Shown here: positions 1-1,061 of the stretch, piece after piece
Numbering within the stretch: the stretch's first letter is position 1
How the letters are laid out: each line of letters starts with the position of its first letter
DNA from: Escherichia coli
GTDB lineage: Bacteria; Pseudomonadota; Gammaproteobacteria; Enterobacterales; Enterobacteriaceae
Reading direction: 5' to 3' (one strand)
Assembly (NCBI RefSeq): GCF_003334335.1
Contig: NZ_QOWQ01000125.1
Length of the DNA stretch: 1,061 bases
Translations under genes and position numbers: made by a program
Notes under the pieces: model-generated
Databases searched by the model: none
The model's input: the letters and a program-made list of their open reading frames with translations, nothing else
What the model was told of the DNA's origin: nothing

Positions 1-1031
1 CTCTGGTACCACTGCCATTTTTTATCCGCCTCATCAAATGCCTTCTGCGCACTGGCGAGCATATCCGCTGAGGATTCCGGACGACCGATATCCAGAATGG
101 CATCCCACATCGATTTGAACGCCTTCCCTGTTTTATCCGCCCAGGTTTCCAGCGTCCCCATGTTCTCTTTCAGGCGGCGGGTCTGCTCATCAAAGCCTTT
201 CGTGGCAGCATCGTTCGCCGCCTGTAAGGCACCGGCCTCGTCTCCGGAACGCTGCAGCTGTGCAACATACGCAATCTGCTCTGCCGTCACGTTACGGAAC
301 TGGCGCGCCATCGCCATCAGTCCCGACGTCGGGTCGGTGGTCAGTTTTCCGAAAGCCTCTGCAACCTTGTCCACTTCAACACCGGAGGCAGACGCAAAAC
401 GCGCGACACTCTGGTTAATGGCATCAAACTGTTCACCACCACGCACACCGGCATTCACCAGGGCTGCCAGTGACTCTCTCGCCTGGTTAAACGTCAGCCC
501 TGCTGCCTGCCCGGCTCTTGAGAGAGTCAGCATACGATCGGCAGTCAGTCCGGACTGATTACCGGAAAGAACCAGGGTTTTATTAAACGCTGAAAGCGTG
601 GAATCTCCCTGGTACCAGGCGTACACCAGCGCACCTGTCGCCACCGCCAGCGAGGTGACCCCGACCATCGGCAGGGTGATCGCACCGGCAAGCCCCCTGA
701 ACATGGGGATCATCCCGCCGAAGGAGTCCTTCACCTGACCGCCCTGTTGCAGCAGGATCAGCCAGGGATTCTGACCACCTGCAAGCTGCGTGGCGATATC
801 CGTAAACTGTGCGGGCAGGGTTCGCATGGCCGCTTTATACTGCCCGACGGAAATCCCGGCTTTTTGTGCAGCCAGCGCCTGGCGGCTCAGGCCCTGTTCA
901 ACAGCACTGGCGGTTTTTCTGGCGTCGGTATCCAGACCTGAAAAATGACGCCTTACCCGGCTCATCTGCTCATCGAAACGGACAGCATCCAGACTCAGGT
1001 CAATAACAAGATCACCAACCGGCTGGGACAT
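1..1031 (-). CDS. H: Phage tail tape measure protein, lambda gpH-like; 5' partial gene (about 343 N-terminal codons), continues beyond window position 1
   Basis: Seen in sequence: ATG at 1031..1029 (minus strand) directly follows an in-frame TGA (1037..1035), so the start is unambiguous. By manual translation the frame stays open for about 343 codons to the window edge. Product begins MSQPVGDLVIDLSLDAVRFDEQMSRVRRHFSG...NPWLILLQQGGQVKDSFGGMIPMFRGLAGAITLPMVG...AWYQGDSTLSAFNKTLVLSGNQSGLTADRMLTLSRAGQAAGLTFNQ...GVEVDKVAEAFGKLTTDPTSGL...AEQIAYVAQLQRSGDEAGALQAAN...TRRLKENMGTLETWADKTGKAFKSMWDAILDIGRP... Established knowledge (recalled from memory, not searched): lambda gpH starts MAEPVGDLVVDLSLDAARFDEQMARVRRHFSG... 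and shares the long identical blocks shown. A GGAGGTG ribosome-binding site sits 6 nt upstream. Confidence 0.9.
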   Translation of the reverse strand, partial: MSQPVGDLVIDLSLDAVRFDEQMSRVRRHFSGLDTDARKTASAVEQGLSRQALAAQKAGISVGQYKAAMRTLPAQFTDIATQLAGGQNPWLILLQQGGQVKDSFGGMIPMFRGLAGAITLPMVGVTSLAVATGALVYAWYQGDSTLSAFNKTLVLSGNQSGLTADRMLTLSRAGQAAGLTFNQARESLAALVNAGVRGGEQFDAINQSVARFASASGVEVDKVAEAFGKLTTDPTSGLMAMARQFRNVTAEQIAYVAQLQRSGDEAGALQAANDAATKGFDEQTRRLKENMGTLETWADKTGKAFKSMWDAILDIGRPESSADMLASAQKAFDEADKKWQWYQ

Positions 1032-1034
1032 ATC

Positions 1035-1061
1035 TCACACCTCCCGGAATCCCCGCTGAAG
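1035..1061 (-). CDS. 3' end of upstream ORF (8 codons plus stop visible: ...LQRGFREV*); by synteny the T segment of the lambda-like G-T tail assembly chaperone
   Basis: Seen in sequence: on the minus strand the frame ending at TGA (1037..1035) is open back to the window edge at 1061. Inference: in lambda the gene order is V-G-T-H, so the ORF ending just before H would be T. Only 27 nt are visible, so the identity rests on position alone, not on recognisable sequence. Confidence 0.45.
   Translation of the reverse strand, partial: LQRGFREV
1038..1044 (-). promoter_or_regulatory. Shine-Dalgarno / ribosome-binding site for the tape measure gene
   Basis: Seen in sequence: minus-strand GGAGGTG (reverse complement of plus-strand CACCTCC at 1038..1044), 6 nt upstream of the ATG at 1031..1029. 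It lies inside the last codons of the upstream ORF, an arrangement typical of translationally coupled phage late genes. Confidence 0.7.

Noticed and set aside
97-558. Plus-strand ORF of 153 aa from the ORF track
   Set aside because: It lies entirely antisense to the tape measure ORF, whose identity is strongly supported. Its translation (rich in S, A, P, R, C) has no recognisable features and I see no convincing Shine-Dalgarno in front of it. Long antisense open frames are a common artefact opposite GC-rich genes with biased codon usage.
5-616. Two GGTACC (KpnI) hexamers, at 5..10 and 611..616, each within a similar CTGGTACC context
   Set aside because: Both fall where the minus-strand gene encodes W-Y-Q (AWYQ and KWQWYQ). 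The shared DNA string is explained by those shared codons, not by a repeat or recombination site.
623-630. Near-match to the E. coli Chi octamer (minus-strand GCTGGTGT vs Chi GCTGGTGG)
   Set aside because: One mismatch at a position I would expect to matter. I found no exact Chi site in the window, so there is no basis to call a recombination hotspot.
747-941. Plus-strand ORF of 64 aa from the ORF track
   Set aside because: Short, antisense to the tape measure gene, no start context, low-complexity-looking product; most likely an artefact.
809-1006. Plus-strand ORF of 65 aa from the ORF track, overlapping the previous one in a different frame
   Set aside because: Same reasoning: antisense to a well-supported gene, with no independent support.
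1-1061. Possibility of a hidden novel system (defence island, CRISPR, toxin-antitoxin, retron, tRNA)
   Set aside because: No direct repeats with spacers, no tRNA- or ncRNA-like structure, no intergenic region and no strand switch. A single conserved structural gene explains the entire window.

Overview
The whole window is the 5' third of a single minus-strand gene: a lambda-like phage tail tape measure protein (gpH family). It starts at an ATG at 1031..1029 (minus strand) and runs without a stop codon past position 1, so the window holds about 343 N-terminal codons of a gene that continues beyond the left edge. I translated it by hand; it begins MSQPVGDLVIDLSLDAVRFDEQMSRVRRHFSGLDTDARKTASAVEQGLSRQALAAQKAGISVGQYKAAMRTLPAQFTDIATQLAGGQNPWLILLQQGGQVKDSFGGMIPMFRGLAGAITLPMVGVTSLAVATGALVYAWYQGDSTLSAFNKTLVLSGNQSGLTADRMLTLSRAGQAAGLTFNQ... 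This closely matches my recollection of the coliphage lambda gpH N-terminus, with scattered substitutions, so it is most likely a lambdoid (pro)phage of an enterobacterium rather than lambda itself. Upstream on the minus strand (1032..1061) is the tail of the preceding ORF, ending at TGA 1037..1035, with a GGAGGTG Shine-Dalgarno for H; by lambda gene order this would be the T segment of the G-T tail assembly chaperone. The supplied ORF track lists only three plus-strand ORFs, which I judge to be antisense artefacts; it misses the real gene, presumably because that gene has no stop codon inside the window. I see no RNA genes, CRISPR array, mobile-element ends or defence-system signature. Honest assessment: this is an ordinary, well-understood phage structural region, and I found no support for an undescribed system in this window.
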